The notes: generated by a model not told the origin, from the sequence alone. DNA of 63,586 nt, filler included, from Catajapyx aquilonaris (GCA_000934665.2; 3 parts of 3 records of this genome joined end to end with filler, not necessarily neighbours in it); one strand, 5' to 3'. Shown: positions 1 through 13,000, numbered from the whole stretch's first letter. A program made the numbers and translations.

Positions 1-608
1 TAATGACCTCACTTACAGACATGTTCAGTAGTGTCCGAAGACCAATTGGGGCGAGTTTCATGTTTTAGCAGTGTTGTATCACCGAATGCAAGGCCCTTAT
101 TCATGTAAAGGTGTGCAACACATGTTCGATTTGGCAACTCCGCGATAGTGACCCCTGGCGAGGCCACCAGGGGTCACCCACCGTGACCCCACGTCCAGAT
201 ATGTTGAGATGTGTTCGAAGAACTACCGTACCGCGTTTCACGTTTTTATCACCGAATGCAAGCCCCCAATTCACATGATCCTCGCAGAGATGTATGTTTG
301 GTCCGTTAGATCTGGCAACCCTGCAAGTGACCCACAGCGGGGGTCAGTCATCATGGCCCCACATCCAGACATGTTCAGAAGTGTCCAAAGACCAATTGTG
401 GCGAGTTTCATGTTTTTGTCACCCAATACAAGGTCCTAAAAGGATGCTGCATCTGGTAGTTATGGAAACCCTGCGAAATGGACCACCACCGGGGTGGGTC
501 ATCGTGGCTCCACGTCCAGATATGATCAGAAGTGTCCAAAGGACAAGTGTACCGAGTTTCATACTTTTGTCACAAAATGCAAAGTTCAACCCCTTAGCAC
601 CCGGACTA
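1..608. repeat. Degenerate ~150-180-bp tandem array (4 units, A/B/A/B pattern), probably the subterminal region of a non-autonomous DNA transposon
   Basis: A CA(C/T)(G/A)TCCAGA(C/T)ATG...AGTTTCA...TTTT-like unit recurs at ~11, 190, 360 and 511. The array ends in CCGGACTA (TAGTCCGG on minus), reminiscent of TAG-terminated Academ-type ends (inference). Confidence 0.5.
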
Positions 609-1261
609 CTATCCTTTTCCATTAGACAGGCTGAGGCAGCCGCCATCTTGTTGGAGGTAATATTGTTGCCTGCATTGTTGCCTGCCTCACATTTCAGGCC
701 GAATACCTCCTCTAGGTATATATATATATTAGCAGAACTCTTTGGCGCTACCAAGCATACTGACTTTAGTTGTTCGTTGGCTCTGTTGTTGCCAGGTTAT
801 GGTGAATAGCGAAGTTGTGTACAATCCGCGCGCCACCTAGCAACTAAACGGTCCGCTTACTAACGCCGCCTGCCTGACGCGTCTGAGCGCACCCGTTCCC
901 TGTCTATGATGGTGTTTCTGGACACGGGTTCCTAGGTCAAATATGTTTGTCTTGGTCCCCTCTATTACCCCTACAAGTTTGTCCCCCGAATTCATTTACA
1001 CCCTGTATACAAGTAGAAAACATATGGCACATATGAACCCTGATTGTGTAATGTAAGAATTGGATACTTGCAAAGGTAGGTAAGAGAAGAGGCAGTTGCT
1101 GACTAGGACCATGGGACAAATACGCTAGTGTCACAGGGGGAAGGTCATGTGTATTCCTCTCAAGAGGGAAGAGTGTGAATCCTAATGGGCATGGACATTT
1201 TAACCCTTTGTCTCCCACTCGATAATGCACTCTTTGGGTGTGAGACAAGTCAGAGTACTAT

Positions 1262-1500
1262 GACCTCAGCCATCCATCGCCACAAACTGTTTGAAAAAAC
1301 CATCTCTCTCAATGCGATTGAGTTCCAAGTGAAGGCAAAATGGTTGCTCTTTTGCACCTCAAAGAGAAGGTGAGGAACCAGTGAGGATGCCAACTTCCTG
1401 AGACCATTCAGTCTTTCACAGTCCTAAGCATAGTGCTCTGACTTGTCCCACACTCGAAAGCAAGCTTCTGTGTTGTCCATCTCCGAGTGTCCAGCATGCA
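1262..1500 (-). pseudogene. Degraded mariner (Tc1/mariner) transposase fragment
   Basis: Minus strand reads, across frameshifts, DTRRWTTQKLAFECGTSQSTMLR...GLRKLASSLVPHLL...DGFFKQFVAMD. This matches the mariner HTH / WVPxxL linker / approach to the first catalytic Asp. Confidence 0.6.
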
Positions 1501-2396
1501 GCGACAAACAGCTCCTAGTGCGTCAGGCTCGGGCCTTCTTCGGGCGATTTGGGGGGGGTGTCACGATCCCCTTTTTGTTTCCCTGCCTCCTTGCGATATG
1601 GGCGACATCTACAGGCCAGATCCAATTGTAATCACCAGAGCTTCAAAACTCAGCAAAGGTCATCTCTGTATGTGTTACCGGTTTTTAATAAAATAATATG
1701 TGCAATGACTTATGAAACAACCTACTATGCACAAGACGGTGACATCATCCTATTGCGACATCTACGGGGTTTTTTTTAGCCGGCTTCTACCTCCCTTATA
1801 AATCCAAGATAATTTTATACGATTGCAAATGTCAATTTAAAAAATTTTAAAGGTCCGGTTTAAAAGGAAGTAATGTGATCCATCAAGTGCAACAAAAGGC
1901 GGCTCAGGTGGTGAGCGGGCAACGCCCAGAGCTCGGTGCAGTCTGCCCGCCCAATTAGGAGCAAGGACACTTTTTACGACCAAAATGGCGCAGGGGGAGA
2001 TTGCCTACCCTTCACAGATCGTTCTGATTTTTTCCCCCGGCGAAAAGCAAGTCGGCGATAAGTCGCAGAAATTCTGGATTTTTTAAAAGGTTTTCAGCTG
2101 CACGTCCACATACCGGGAATTATGCAGCAGGGATCTGTGTGTATTTAAATTCGCGCAGTAAGTGTTTGCTTCGGTTTGTTTATAATGAATGAGACCTTTG
2201 GCCTATGATGCAGTGCCATTAAAAAATCACGCAAGTGGCGTAAATACTCATGAACTTAGAAACTGTGAACATTTCCTACGGCTATGGTGAAAGAAATTTC
2301 CGTCGGAGTTATACCAGTGAATTTGAAAAAAAAATGTTTGGTTGTAAAATTGGCAGCGGGAGTCAAAGGGTTGAAAAGTGTGGTAGTGTGTAGAAG

Positions 2397-2680
2397 TGGT
2401 CAGTGTTGGTGGTCTGGTGGTTAGCGCGCTCGCCTCTAGACCCAAAGTTGTAGGTTCAAACCCGGCCGAGGACGGTGACTTTTCTCCGGGTGGTAGAAAA
2501 GTGAGAGTGCGCCTTTTTTCGGAGGGGAAGTAAAGCCGTCGGTCGCATGTGTTTGTGACATTGCACGAGTGCACGTTAAAGATCCCCAGAGTGGCCAAAT
2601 TTCCAGGAGGAGGACCACCCCCTGGCGTCGGTGTTTAGCCTTAGCAGCAGAAATAGGCAGACGTTAAGCCCCACTTATAA
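2397..2680 (+). mobile_element. tRNA-derived SINE with 12-bp TSD
   Basis: A-box TGGTCTGGTGG and B-box GGTTCAAACCC. The body (GGAGGGGAAGTAAAGCCGTCGGTC...GTGCACGTTAAAGATCCCCAG) resembles arthropod Talua/Ruka-type SINEs. Perfect TSD AGTGTGTAGAAG at 2385-2396 and 2681-2692. Confidence 0.9.
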
Positions 2681-3079
2681 AGTGTGTAGAAGCGCAACTT
2701 GGAATTGCTGAATTGGCTATAAATAGTGACATTAAAAATAATGTGAGAAAAGTGAAAAATCCACACAGAAACTCTTTCCCAAAGAATAAAGCTTTCCTTT
2801 TACTGCAAAACCTGCCGGGATAGTAAATCCCACCTGTACAGGGCTAGCAGTTGTCATGACATACCTCGAGTCTTTCATTTCTCTCAAGCGTTCAGAAAAT
2901 CACTTCTAACAATATACACCTGGGTCAACATTTTACCAGGCTTGTTTCAACCCGTTAACCTACAATTTTCCTATCATCCAACTCTCCGCAGGGTAACCCA
3001 GGGGTAACCATCTCAGCCGATACGAATCCCCAATTATTGCAAATGTTCAGTCTTAATGTGTCACAAAATAGATATCTAC

Positions 3080-3180
3080 CCTAGACGTTCATCCAGTCGC
3101 TTCTCCTCCAGGTACTCGTCCACCTCCGAAGTGTCTATCTTGGTCCAACCCTTTTTCTTGTTGCTCTTTTTCACCTTCAT
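3080..3180 (-). CDS. NOP53: Ribosome biogenesis protein NOP53/GLTSCR2, first coding exon (partial gene)
   Basis: MKVKKSNKKKGWTKIDTSEVDEYLEEKRLDERLG matches the conserved NOP53 N-terminus (KKxW...EV..FLE..RL.ER.G). GT donor at 3079; upstream 5'UTR intron 3184-3316 (GTAAGG...AATAG). Confidence 0.75.
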
Positions 3181-6020
3181 GACCTATTGTGGGGCCAATC
3201 CTTCCCAGGTGTGTAAATCAATCGTTGAACACTTCTGCTGGGATGCCGCAGGCCAGCAACTATCGGTTAATGTGTACGTCACAATTTTAAAAACATAATT
3301 ACAACGGGCTCCTTACCTCCTGCTTCTACCAACGTCCAGCGAAGAAAACTGACCTCGTGGCTCTTGCTCGTGGGTCGTGAGGCAGTCCTTTCAGACAAAG
3401 ATCAACCATATACAGAGCATGCTGGATCCTCGATGGCATTACGCACATAGGCCACGAGATGTCGCCTTGCACCGGCCGCTAACACGTTACTTATAAAAGC
3501 TGCTACTTTACTAAAGCTGTTACTGCTATTACCATAAGACTTTACCAACAGTGGATACCAACGTGGATAATATGACACAATGTGACATCATCCAGCCGTA
3601 GGTGTCCTTGTTCTGGAGACAGGCTCTCGAGGCAGCAGTATAATGGTCATTAACAGGATAAACGGCACCACAATGTTCAGTTGTGACTCTTTAGCTAGTT
3701 CTCATAGGTGACGAAAAGCAGTTATTTTTGATGTGGCTTGATTTCTTGCTTGATTTTTTAAATAAAATTATGGCCATGCAGCCAAGGATGATGAAAAGAC
3801 CATATTTATTTAAAATGCAAATGTAGCAGACCTTCACATGCGCCCCTGGTTGATGTGTCGATATGCGTGCATATATGGTGCATATCAATTAAGTCAGCGC
3901 CAACTATCGTGTGTGGTGAGCATGGGGGTGAGTATGATAGGCCGCGGGCGAAATACCGGGAGAGTCTAAAGTGACGCTGCACATCTAAATAGCGCGCTCA
4001 ACTTGAGATGAATCTATGATTTTAGTGTCTCAAGACCTGAACATTCAGCACCTCGTATTTATTCCCATTGCAAACCTCCATGCCAAAGGGAAATGAAAAC
4101 CAGAGAGGAATATTATTTCCGGTTATTTTTGGGCCTAATTATCCTGGAATCATCTCATGCTGGAAAAAAACCTTGAGCCTGTCTTCCCATCCTAACAAAA
4201 TGATGGCGGTTTTTTTTCCCAAATGGCACCACTTCTGCACTGGATGTGATGCTAATACCTGCAAAACCTCCCCAGTTAAATTGGCAAAATCCTCAATTTT
4301 GTCAAAGATATTGATAAAAATGGCAATAACATTAATCAAGTTTTATTGACATAGTGATTTCCGAGGGGACACATGACTAGCAGAAAACCTGAACACATAT
4401 CTGAACCATCCATACCCTGACACTGTGGCGGGCACAACCACAACACAACACTCGCGCATACACACAAGTACTCAACATACAAGTTCACGTTGTTGTCTAC
4501 ACCTGGGTATATAAAGGAGCTCTTTGGTTCTGGGAGCAGCAGACAATGTTCCCAATGTTCGATGTAAAAACAAATTTCCACGCAGAAAGAAAATGTACCA
4601 GTGAAACCCGTAACTCATTTACAGGAAATTAAAATTTTTGTATGTGAATCCACAACATTAAAAGTACCTTTTGCCAGATGCTGAAAGACATTCCCTCAAG
4701 CACTATTCCATTGTGAAAGCCTGCAAAACCATAAAAAATGAAACCAAACAACAATTGTGGTGAGTGAATAACCCAACCACAACCAAGGGAAATAAATAAA
4801 AGGGGCCATATGAAAAAGAATATCCAACTGACACACACACACATTCACCTGCTCCCTTTCCTCCTATCAACGTCTTGCAGACATACATGTACCTCTCAAA
4901 AAAGAATTGCATGCTGATGTAATCATCCTCATGCATCTAATAAATGCCCTCTATCTGTGATCAAGGACACTGACGATGAATTCATTATCAAAGTGCCAAT
5001 ACTGCCGTCCCAATGAGAAACGCCCTGTCTACAAAAACCAGTCAGGACGAAAATTGAATGCAGGGCCTGCTCACGATTTCTTCCTTACTGGTTTTCTCCT
5101 TGAGACAGCAGAACAAGTCAATATGTCTTTGGAGAGAGGATATTCTAGGTTGCCTGGTATAGGAAGCATAATTTCTCTAGTCTGCACCCACCAGCTTTGA
5201 TTATTGTGCCTGACGTTTCTTAGGCCATATCCACGCCTCCTCCCAACCTGCTTTTTACATGGATAATTTTTACTGGCCCCAAAATGCTTGGGAAAATGTC
5301 ATGTACAGTTACGACAGTGGTTCGCCATAATTATCATAAAACAAATGCCGTAGACAACAAGTTAGTTCACATTGTGAATCAGGCTTGATGTGTGAAAAGC
5401 ACATGGAAAAAAGAAATTCTTCTGACACAGTTCAAATCCCAGAAGACACATTCTTTTTTAAATCACATCTCTTTCCAACACTGATGGAAAAAGAGGGGGA
5501 AATGATCACATGTTTTGAACAAGTAAGAATAATATCCTCACTTATCATCATCAAAGGTCTCCACATCATTGGTTCACATTAACAGTTAATGAGCAGCCAA
5601 CTTCCTAATGGGCAATAAGAGGCTCCCCATTTAAAGATGGTAAGTTCTTTCCACACTACAGGCACATGTTATTTTAACAGAGAGAAAAAAATTAAGCATG
5701 ACCTATGAACAAACAACATCTGTATACCATTGTAAGGTTATCTATTCAACAAATATGACAATTAACAGAATAATTTTACCACATTCACATCCTCAACATT
5801 ACCCTTGGAATGTGTACTAAAACACTGACACACACACACACACACTCACCCTCATATTTTAATCCAGCTGTATATGCAGTGGTTTATGATAAGAATGTAG
5901 CCAGCAGTTGCTGATCTGGACTACAAACTAACCATATGCCGCTGCACGCTTAAAATTCATTTAACCATGGGCAGAAAAAAAAATGTTAAAAAAAAGATTG
6001 CTTTTGGGTCAACCACACCA

Positions 6021-6101
6021 TCAGATACTCCCTGGGCGTACCATCTTCTCTCTTGGATCAAACTGATTGCGGTAACGCCCAGCTAACACGGCACCCAAGA
6101 T
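6021..6101 (-). CDS. TSPAN13: Alternative (distal) terminal coding exon of the tetraspanin-13/31 gene
   Basis: Acceptor TGTTTGTCTTCCAG, then phase-0 ILGAVLAGRYRNQFDPREKMVRPGSI*, paralogous to the proximal last exon at 10022-10096. Confidence 0.85.
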   Translation of the reverse strand: MLGAVLAGRYRNQFDPREKMVRPGSI

Positions 6102-7256
6102 CTGGAAGACAAACAAACATACAAGATTATGAATTCTGAACAAATGTATTCTGGTGTATTGAAAAAGGAACAGATTAGGAATGGTTCAAAACATATTTTT
6201 GTTGAAAATTATGAGGAAGTAAGCAATTCTGTTCCTTAAAAAGCTGAAGACTGTTCCACCTTAAGAAGAATGTGTAAAACACTCCTTACACAAAAAGGGT
6301 GCACCTATTACATAGCTTGGAAGACCTCTTTCTATGTCCACTAAAAAGAACCCACAGTTACTAGAAAGTGCCATTTCCAGAAAAACCTGGTAGTTTCTGT
6401 CAAACAAGACAATCCCTCCTGTTGTGTACAGTAAGATGCTCTCAACTATGCTGCTTGTCAAGCAACTGAGTTCCAACTGACATACTGTCTACTAGGTCAT
6501 CAATGTTTCTGAAAATATGGGTTGCATACTCATAGACCTACTGAAGAGAGGCGAGTGTATGGTGGCAGAGGGCAGCCCAATTGGGGCGTACAGTTAGGTA
6601 AACACATGTTATAAGTCACCTACACTTTTGGAAGCAACAAAAATGGTTTGAATGGACATCCATTAGGTGGAAAATATGGGGTAAAGACAGCAAGCAACAG
6701 GAAGGTGTTGTTTGTAGGAGACTGCAGATGGCCAGGAGAGGCTGCCACTGGCAATATGCGGAGCAGTGCACAGAAGTACAGTTGAGCTTCCTGTTCTCGT
6801 TAGTGCCATATGTTTTTCTGCCACTTTCCTACCTGAACAGAACAACTCGCAATATACAGCACACGCTTCGAGTTACTAAGAAGGACATTGGGCAATACTT
6901 TTAAAGAACACCCCCCCCCCCCCCCCNAAGCTCTTAGTAAACCATGCAATTGCATTCAGAGCAACTTTAATATAAGGTATATGAAGTAAAAATGTAGGAG
7001 AATGTGGTTACTGTTAAAGATTGCACAACACTTCTTAGTGTGTGCCAATTGTAGGCTTACATAGCAAGGGAAAAGTTACACCCCTCTCGAGGCCCTCTGG
7101 CATCAACCATAACAAGAAGTCTCAACATTTTTGTCATCAGCACAAGAAAAGTCCATGAAAATGCAACCTTCAAGCAGATTCCTCTGTTGTTCACTTAAGG
7201 GCGCCGGATACCTATACGATTTTTCAGAATCGTGGGCCAAGTTTGGCTGAGTCATA

Positions 7257-7596
7257 GGGGCCGTCCAGACGGGCCGACCTTAGCCGCGGCCGGCACCGGC
7301 ACCGGCTTGCGGAGCCACGGCTGGCCACGGTACCCGTTCAGACGGGCACATATTTTAATAACAGCCACCCGCATTATAATAGTGGCCGGTAGTCATGGCA
7401 GCGACGAAAAACAAGTGACGCGCAGTATCCGTCGCCGAGGCCAAGCCGTGGCCAAGCAGCGAGCCAACTTCCAGGAAGTCGGCCAACTTGGCCGACTTCT
7501 GAGCCGAGGCCTGGCCGTGGCCATTGCCGGTGAACCGTCGCGGCCTCGACCAGCCGCGGCTGGCCGCGGCTAAGGTCGGCCCGTCTGGACGGCCCC
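7257..7596. mobile_element. PIF/Harbinger-type MITE nested in the left foldback arm
   Basis: Perfect TIR GGGGCCGTCCAGACGGGCCGACCTTAGCCGCGGCC and 3-bp TSD ATA. The empty site is reconstructable from the opposite arm. Confidence 0.85.
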
Positions 7597-8250
7597 ATAG
7601 GTGCAGTGTTCTCTTTGCTCCACCTATGCGGGTCTCTCGATGGAGGTCTGGACCTGAAATTTTCACAGCATGGCTAGTCCAATTGAGCCCCCGACGGAGC
7701 TTGGATCAATTAGAATAATAATTGCGGGATCTACAAGGGGAGGAGTTTTTGAAAAACGGCTCACGGTATCTTGGCTCCGGATTCGCATTTGGGAAACATC
7801 TCGATGGTCAGCGATGGCAAAAGTTGTCCTCTCTTACTCCTCCAAAGTGCGATTAATTTGGGCTATTGGTGTTTGCTCAGCTATTTAAACCGTTTCACCA
7901 CCTCACCTTGTAAAATAGGAGGGAGTACTTCCGAAATAGAACAGTCGGTTCCCTGATGCCCACACACTTTTTAAATTATTTAGCCCGAACAGGTTCCCTG
8001 GCAAACTGGAGAGGGAACCAACTGCTCTATGTTCGAATTTTTCTCTCAGATTTTACCCAGTGCGGTGGTGAAACGGTTTAAATAGCTGAGAAAACACCAA
8101 TAGCCCAAATTAATCACACTTTGGAGGAGTAAGAGAGGACAACTTTTGCCATCGCTGACCGTCGAGATGTTTCCCAAATGCAAATCCGGAGCCAAGATGT
8201 CGTGAGCCGTTTTTCAAAAACTCCTCCCCCTGTAGATCTCACAATTATTA

Positions 8251-9295
8251 AGGCCCGTTTCCAAAGAAGCTTCAGCTTGAAAAAGTGCGCTCTGGCTCTG
8301 GCTCTAGCTCCAGCTGCAATGCGTTTCTAGCGCTGGGTCGATATTTTAGCTCTCCCATTCAGCTTGCTTTGAACATCGAGCACAAGACAATTTTCAAGCT
8401 GGAGCTGGAGCTAGAGTGTCTTTCTGACCAATCCGGCACGGCTCCTGGGGTCACGTGGGACAATCTCGGTGGGGAGGCGGCTAGGGGCGGGGCGATGACG
8501 CAGGGTGGGGAGGCCAGGGCATAGTGAGGAAGGAGAGGGGAGGAAAAAAAGATGACCTGTTGAAGGTCACGGAAGGAGCTGCTCGGGCAGAGGGCCCTGC
8601 CGATGCAGGGGGAGGCAGCGAGGAGAGACAGACTGATTTGACTGAGAAGAGTGACCTTGAGCCTGAAGAGCTATCTCCTCCGCTCTGTTGTGATCGCCAT
8701 CTTGGTTTTCACAAGCTGGCACGAGCTGGAAAGCCAAAGATTCTTTGGAAACCGGTCTGAGGGCGCTAGCTGTGAAGCACCGGCTAAAGGGCGGTATCCA
8801 CTGCTCAATATCAAGGGGTTTCAACCCATTCAACCCCTTGAATCAACCCCTTGAGCGGGCTTGAACCAAGTAGAGCACGGCCCTACTCGGTTCAACCCAT
8901 TGAATTGAAGGGGTTGAACTGAGTAGGACCGTGCTGCAAACTTGAGCGTTACAGAAAAGCATTACAGGCTATTATATCCGAGTCTACTATACCCTAAGTG
9001 GCATGAGAGTGTTATAGTCAGGCACCTGCCATGGGGCCCATGACAGGGGCATGCAGGGAAATTCTTAGGAAGGTCACCATGGGTGTCCAGACTTTACGGT
9101 CACCATGAATGTGTCCAGACTTTAGGATTACCATGCATGTGTCCAGACTTCAGTACTGATAATAAGCAATCAATTCACTCCCCCCAATACTGATCCGATT
9201 TTAAAGACGTATTCATGTCAAAAGCTGCGGCTTGTGTTCCCGACACAACCTAATGTTATTTTTTTTCAAGCTGAAGCTTCTTTGGAAACGGGCCT
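8251..9295. mobile_element. PIF/Harbinger-type non-autonomous element nested in the right foldback arm
   Basis: Perfect TIR AGGCCCGTTTCCAAAGAAGCTTCAGCTTGAAAAA; TTA TSD at 8248-8250 and 9296-9298; internal TCAACCC palindromes (8810-8940) and three GTGTCCAGACTT repeats (9083-9150). Confidence 0.85.
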
Positions 9296-10021
9296 TTATT
9301 CTAATTGATCCAAACTCCGTCGGGGGCTCAATTGGACCTTCCTCGCCATGTTGTGAAAATTTCAGGTTCGGACCTCCAGCGAGACGTCCGCATCGGCGGT
9401 GCAAAGAGAACACTGCACCCATGACTCAGCCAAACGTGGCCCGCGATTCTGAAACGCATAGGCATGTTAACAATTAAGTGTGATGGGGAAGGAGGACAAT
9501 GCTCTAATGGTTATGCCATTGGCCTGCCCACTGGAAAGTCTGGGGTTTTAATTTCGTTTCTGCTACCATCACTTGGTTGGGTCCTCCCCCCCTCAATCTC
9601 TGCTCAAATGCCAGAGGCATGACCTGTACTCTCCTCTGCCAAGATGGTCCGAAATGACAACACTTGCACAACATGTCAATGAACTGAATTCTACTTTAAA
9701 AATAATGGGACATGCTAGACTTGAGAAAGGCAAAAGCATGACCAGTTATTTTTCTATTATTATGCATTGTAAAAATTTTCCTGAACATTTTTTGATTGTG
9801 CCTTCAATCTTTGGGTTTCAGAGGGTGCCACAACAGATCTTTACAAAACTGTGGATGCATTACAGTGGACCTGAAAGCAGGGTCTACTTCTTCACAAGTA
9901 GGAAAATATAGGAACTGTCAGACACCAATAAATGTGTTACAAATCGTTAGTTACCAGTAACTGTGAAAGTTAAGAGTGGTGAAAAGAACCCACCAAGCCC
10001 CGTGTAAAAGAAGAAAGATTC

Positions 10022-13000
10022 CTAGAGGAAGGCTGATGGATGGCCTCGTGGATCCTTCTGGTTTCTGTAGCGCACTGTCAGCCAAACCCCCAGAAACTGG
10101 AAGAATGAAATAACAGGCCCACAAACCATATTAGTGCATTATTCCACAGCCATGCACCCAAGCCTATCAATTCTGCTAATGCCAATGTGATCCCAGGACC
10201 TCCCTCTAGATGTCTAGGGGGTACTCAAACCAGGTGAGCTATTTAGAAATAAAGCCCCATTTACATGTGGGCAACTTGATCGATAATGTCATCGCCCGTG
10301 AGTTGTAGTGGTTCTGATGTCATGACGCAAGCGATAGCACTTATACATCGCCTGTGTGTTTACGAGCCGGGGATGTCATCACCATTGTCTATTTTAAACA
10401 GACCTGAGTGATACCCTCGCCGATACCCTCCCTTCTTAAATGCAATTGCTACTTCGGCCCAAATCACTGCTTTCATTAGGATTTCATGGCTCGGGGATGA
10501 CATCGCCGATCAAATCACCCACATGTAAACGCGGCTTAATAAAGGGTCACTGACACCAAAATTAACACTTTGAATTATTTTTTGCAACACATGCAGCCTT
10601 CAAATAATACATCAAAGTTGCACCAATTTTTGACATACCACATAAAAAGCATATTTATACATGACCATGTCATGTAGTCAGCCCTTCTTATCCACACAGA
10701 TACCAAAACTTGCTGACATTAAGTGAATGGCGGAGTACCATATTACCTCACTTAAAGCGACATACAGGTGTAGTAGAGGTCGACCAGTATTTAGAACCTA
10801 GTGTAACGTGAGGTTTCATTAAGCACAGCATTATCACGATCTCTGTGAAAACTATTATTACTCAAATGAATGCATTACACCATGTTCTACAGTGCTGATA
10901 CAGCCCAGGACACTTCTATTGCCTGATACATCCCATAAGATTGTTCGTTAAGGTCCAATTTCACGGCATTATTTTCAATTAAAATGCAAGACTGAAAGAA
11001 GGGAAGCATATCTATCAGGATATTTCATACATTGGATTTGGATTTTATTATCTGAGTAAAGAGGCTTCTCAGGCAAATTGATATCACTACATAAAGTGAT
11101 CCTCTGAAGCCAACAAAATCTGAGACCAGCGAACTATTGAGCAAAACGAAGGACTGAAGTAATTTGCCATGATCCTTTGTATGTTTAGGGGGGTTCCCCT
11201 CTCATAGCAGGCTGAATATGCGATTGATCACACTCTATGCCATGAGCAACAGATGAACTTGCATATTCTCACACTCCTGTACTCATACATTTTTCACAGT
11301 AACATGCATTCAAAAAAATTTGACAATCATTCAAACTATGCAAATCTACCTCAGTTATTGTGGCATGCCGGCCACCCTCCGGTTATACCGGCAGGGTGGT
11401 CGACCTCGTTTTATACCGACATACAGCTTTTAAGTGAGGTAATACAGTATATGCCCATAACTTAAGCACATCTTCTCATACACTTTATATCATCTCTAGA
11501 TCACATGTCATTCCTAGTTCAATGCAAATACAATGCAAATAGTTGTTATATTGTATTGTAGTGTTTGGGATCTGGAAAATTCAAGTTTTGCTTTATAGAA
11601 AGTCAAGTTTCTCTCTCCCCCACAAATATTTTCTATTCATAGCTGGTTGAAACTGCGGATATGAATCCTGCAGATAAGGAATGCCAACTACTCAGTTCAT
11701 GGTATTTTTTTAACCACACACATGGAACATAATTATAGGACAATAGGGACCTATGCAGTGAATTCTTATCATTATCTCATAACTTTTGGGTTATGTGTCA
11801 GTGGCCATTTGTCACAGATGTTAGGGACATCTCTAATGTAGCCAGCTTCTAGTGCAACACTATTACACATCATGCAGCTATTTGCAATAAATGAATAATG
11901 AGGACAAAACTCCACCATTAAGTGCCTTTTGTGTACATGTCTCACTCTGCCTCTTTTGCTTGTTCTTATGTTAATGTCATAGTTTGTCAGAAGGCTGTTT
12001 CATTTAATAACAATATAAAACCATGAAACAGAGTTGTTCTTAAAAATGGCAGGAAAAAGTCAATTCCACACATGTTAAAATTGGGATGCATTATGAATTG
12101 TTACTCTTAGTGCCAGTTCACACGTCACTTTTTGTGACAGACGTGCGCTACAGCAACTGGCCACTTGTGGAAATACACAGGATTGAATGAGAGCATTCAC
12201 ACGTGGCCACAGCAGTGGTGAGGGTAGGCGTCTGTGGGCCCGGAGTGGCTTGGGAGTTGCTCGACAGAGCTACTGAGTGGCAGGTCCAAGTGTCTCCGGC
12301 TTCTTCAAGCGCTCAAGGCCACAGGCCACTAGGTAGCGGACCATTGCTTTGCATTGGTGCATGCACACAGAGCCACAGGCTACTCACGCCCGCCACAGGC
12401 CCAGTCATATGTCTACTCTTGTTCATGCCGCGAGGAAAGGGCACTTTATCACCGTGGCTTATGCAATTAGTGAAGGAAATTAATGTCAGAGATTTTATAT
12501 ATGAAGTCAAGGCCCATACCGGTATTTGGGATGCATCAGTTGTCAAAAATATCAGGGGGGAAAAACCAAACATTTTATCATCTTGCCTCAGATATTGGAA
12601 TAATGTATGGTACAGTCCTACCGATGATCTTTTGAGCAAAGGATGAACATGAATTTTCCTGTTTTCCCTGCATTTTTTCTCTCTTTTCAATAGGAGTAGC
12701 AATAGTGCATATAAAGCCATATAATGTTTTTCACTGGTTGCCATACTGAATCTGGCCCACCTGCTGTGGCGAACATCTGCCCAACTGCAGTGGCCAACTC
12801 GAGCGATTGCAGTGCTGGACCTAAGCGACTGCAATGGGCAGTGACTGTGGCGCGCGACTGAAGTGGTCACGTGTGGACCTGCCCTTAACCTGTTGAGGGT
12901 GACGGGCCTCATATGAGGATCTGCGATGTTTGAATTTGGCAAGCTACAATGTGCACATAGAATTCGAACTTTTCGGTTCCAAATTTGGTTCAATATACTC

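Larger units (their letters stand above)
7209..9464. mobile_element. Foldback non-autonomous DNA element with ~400-bp inverted arms, carrying two nested insertions
   Basis: Left arm 7209-7256 + 7600-7954 is the reverse complement of right arm 8011-8250 + 9299-9464 (e.g. GGAGGAGTTTTTGAAAAACGGCTCACG / CGTGAGCCGTTTTTCAAAAACTCCTCC). Confidence 0.85.

Noticed and set aside
1..608. CRISPR-like or coding interpretation (ORFs 209-439, 294-809) of the repeat array
   Set aside because: Units are long and degenerate without unique spacers, the context is eukaryotic, and the ORFs are by-products of the repeat.
2400..2475. tRNA gene (likewise 15235-15308)
   Set aside because: A/B boxes continue into SINE bodies with tails and TSDs; no complete cloverleaf is evident.
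7232..7718. GC-rich ORFs on both strands
   Set aside because: They lie within palindromic MITE sequence and have no recognisable protein features.
9295..9300. AATAAA created at the transposon junction as polyA signal for the proximal last exon
   Set aside because: An ATTAAA closer to the stop (~9548-9553, minus strand) is an equally good candidate; undecidable from sequence alone.
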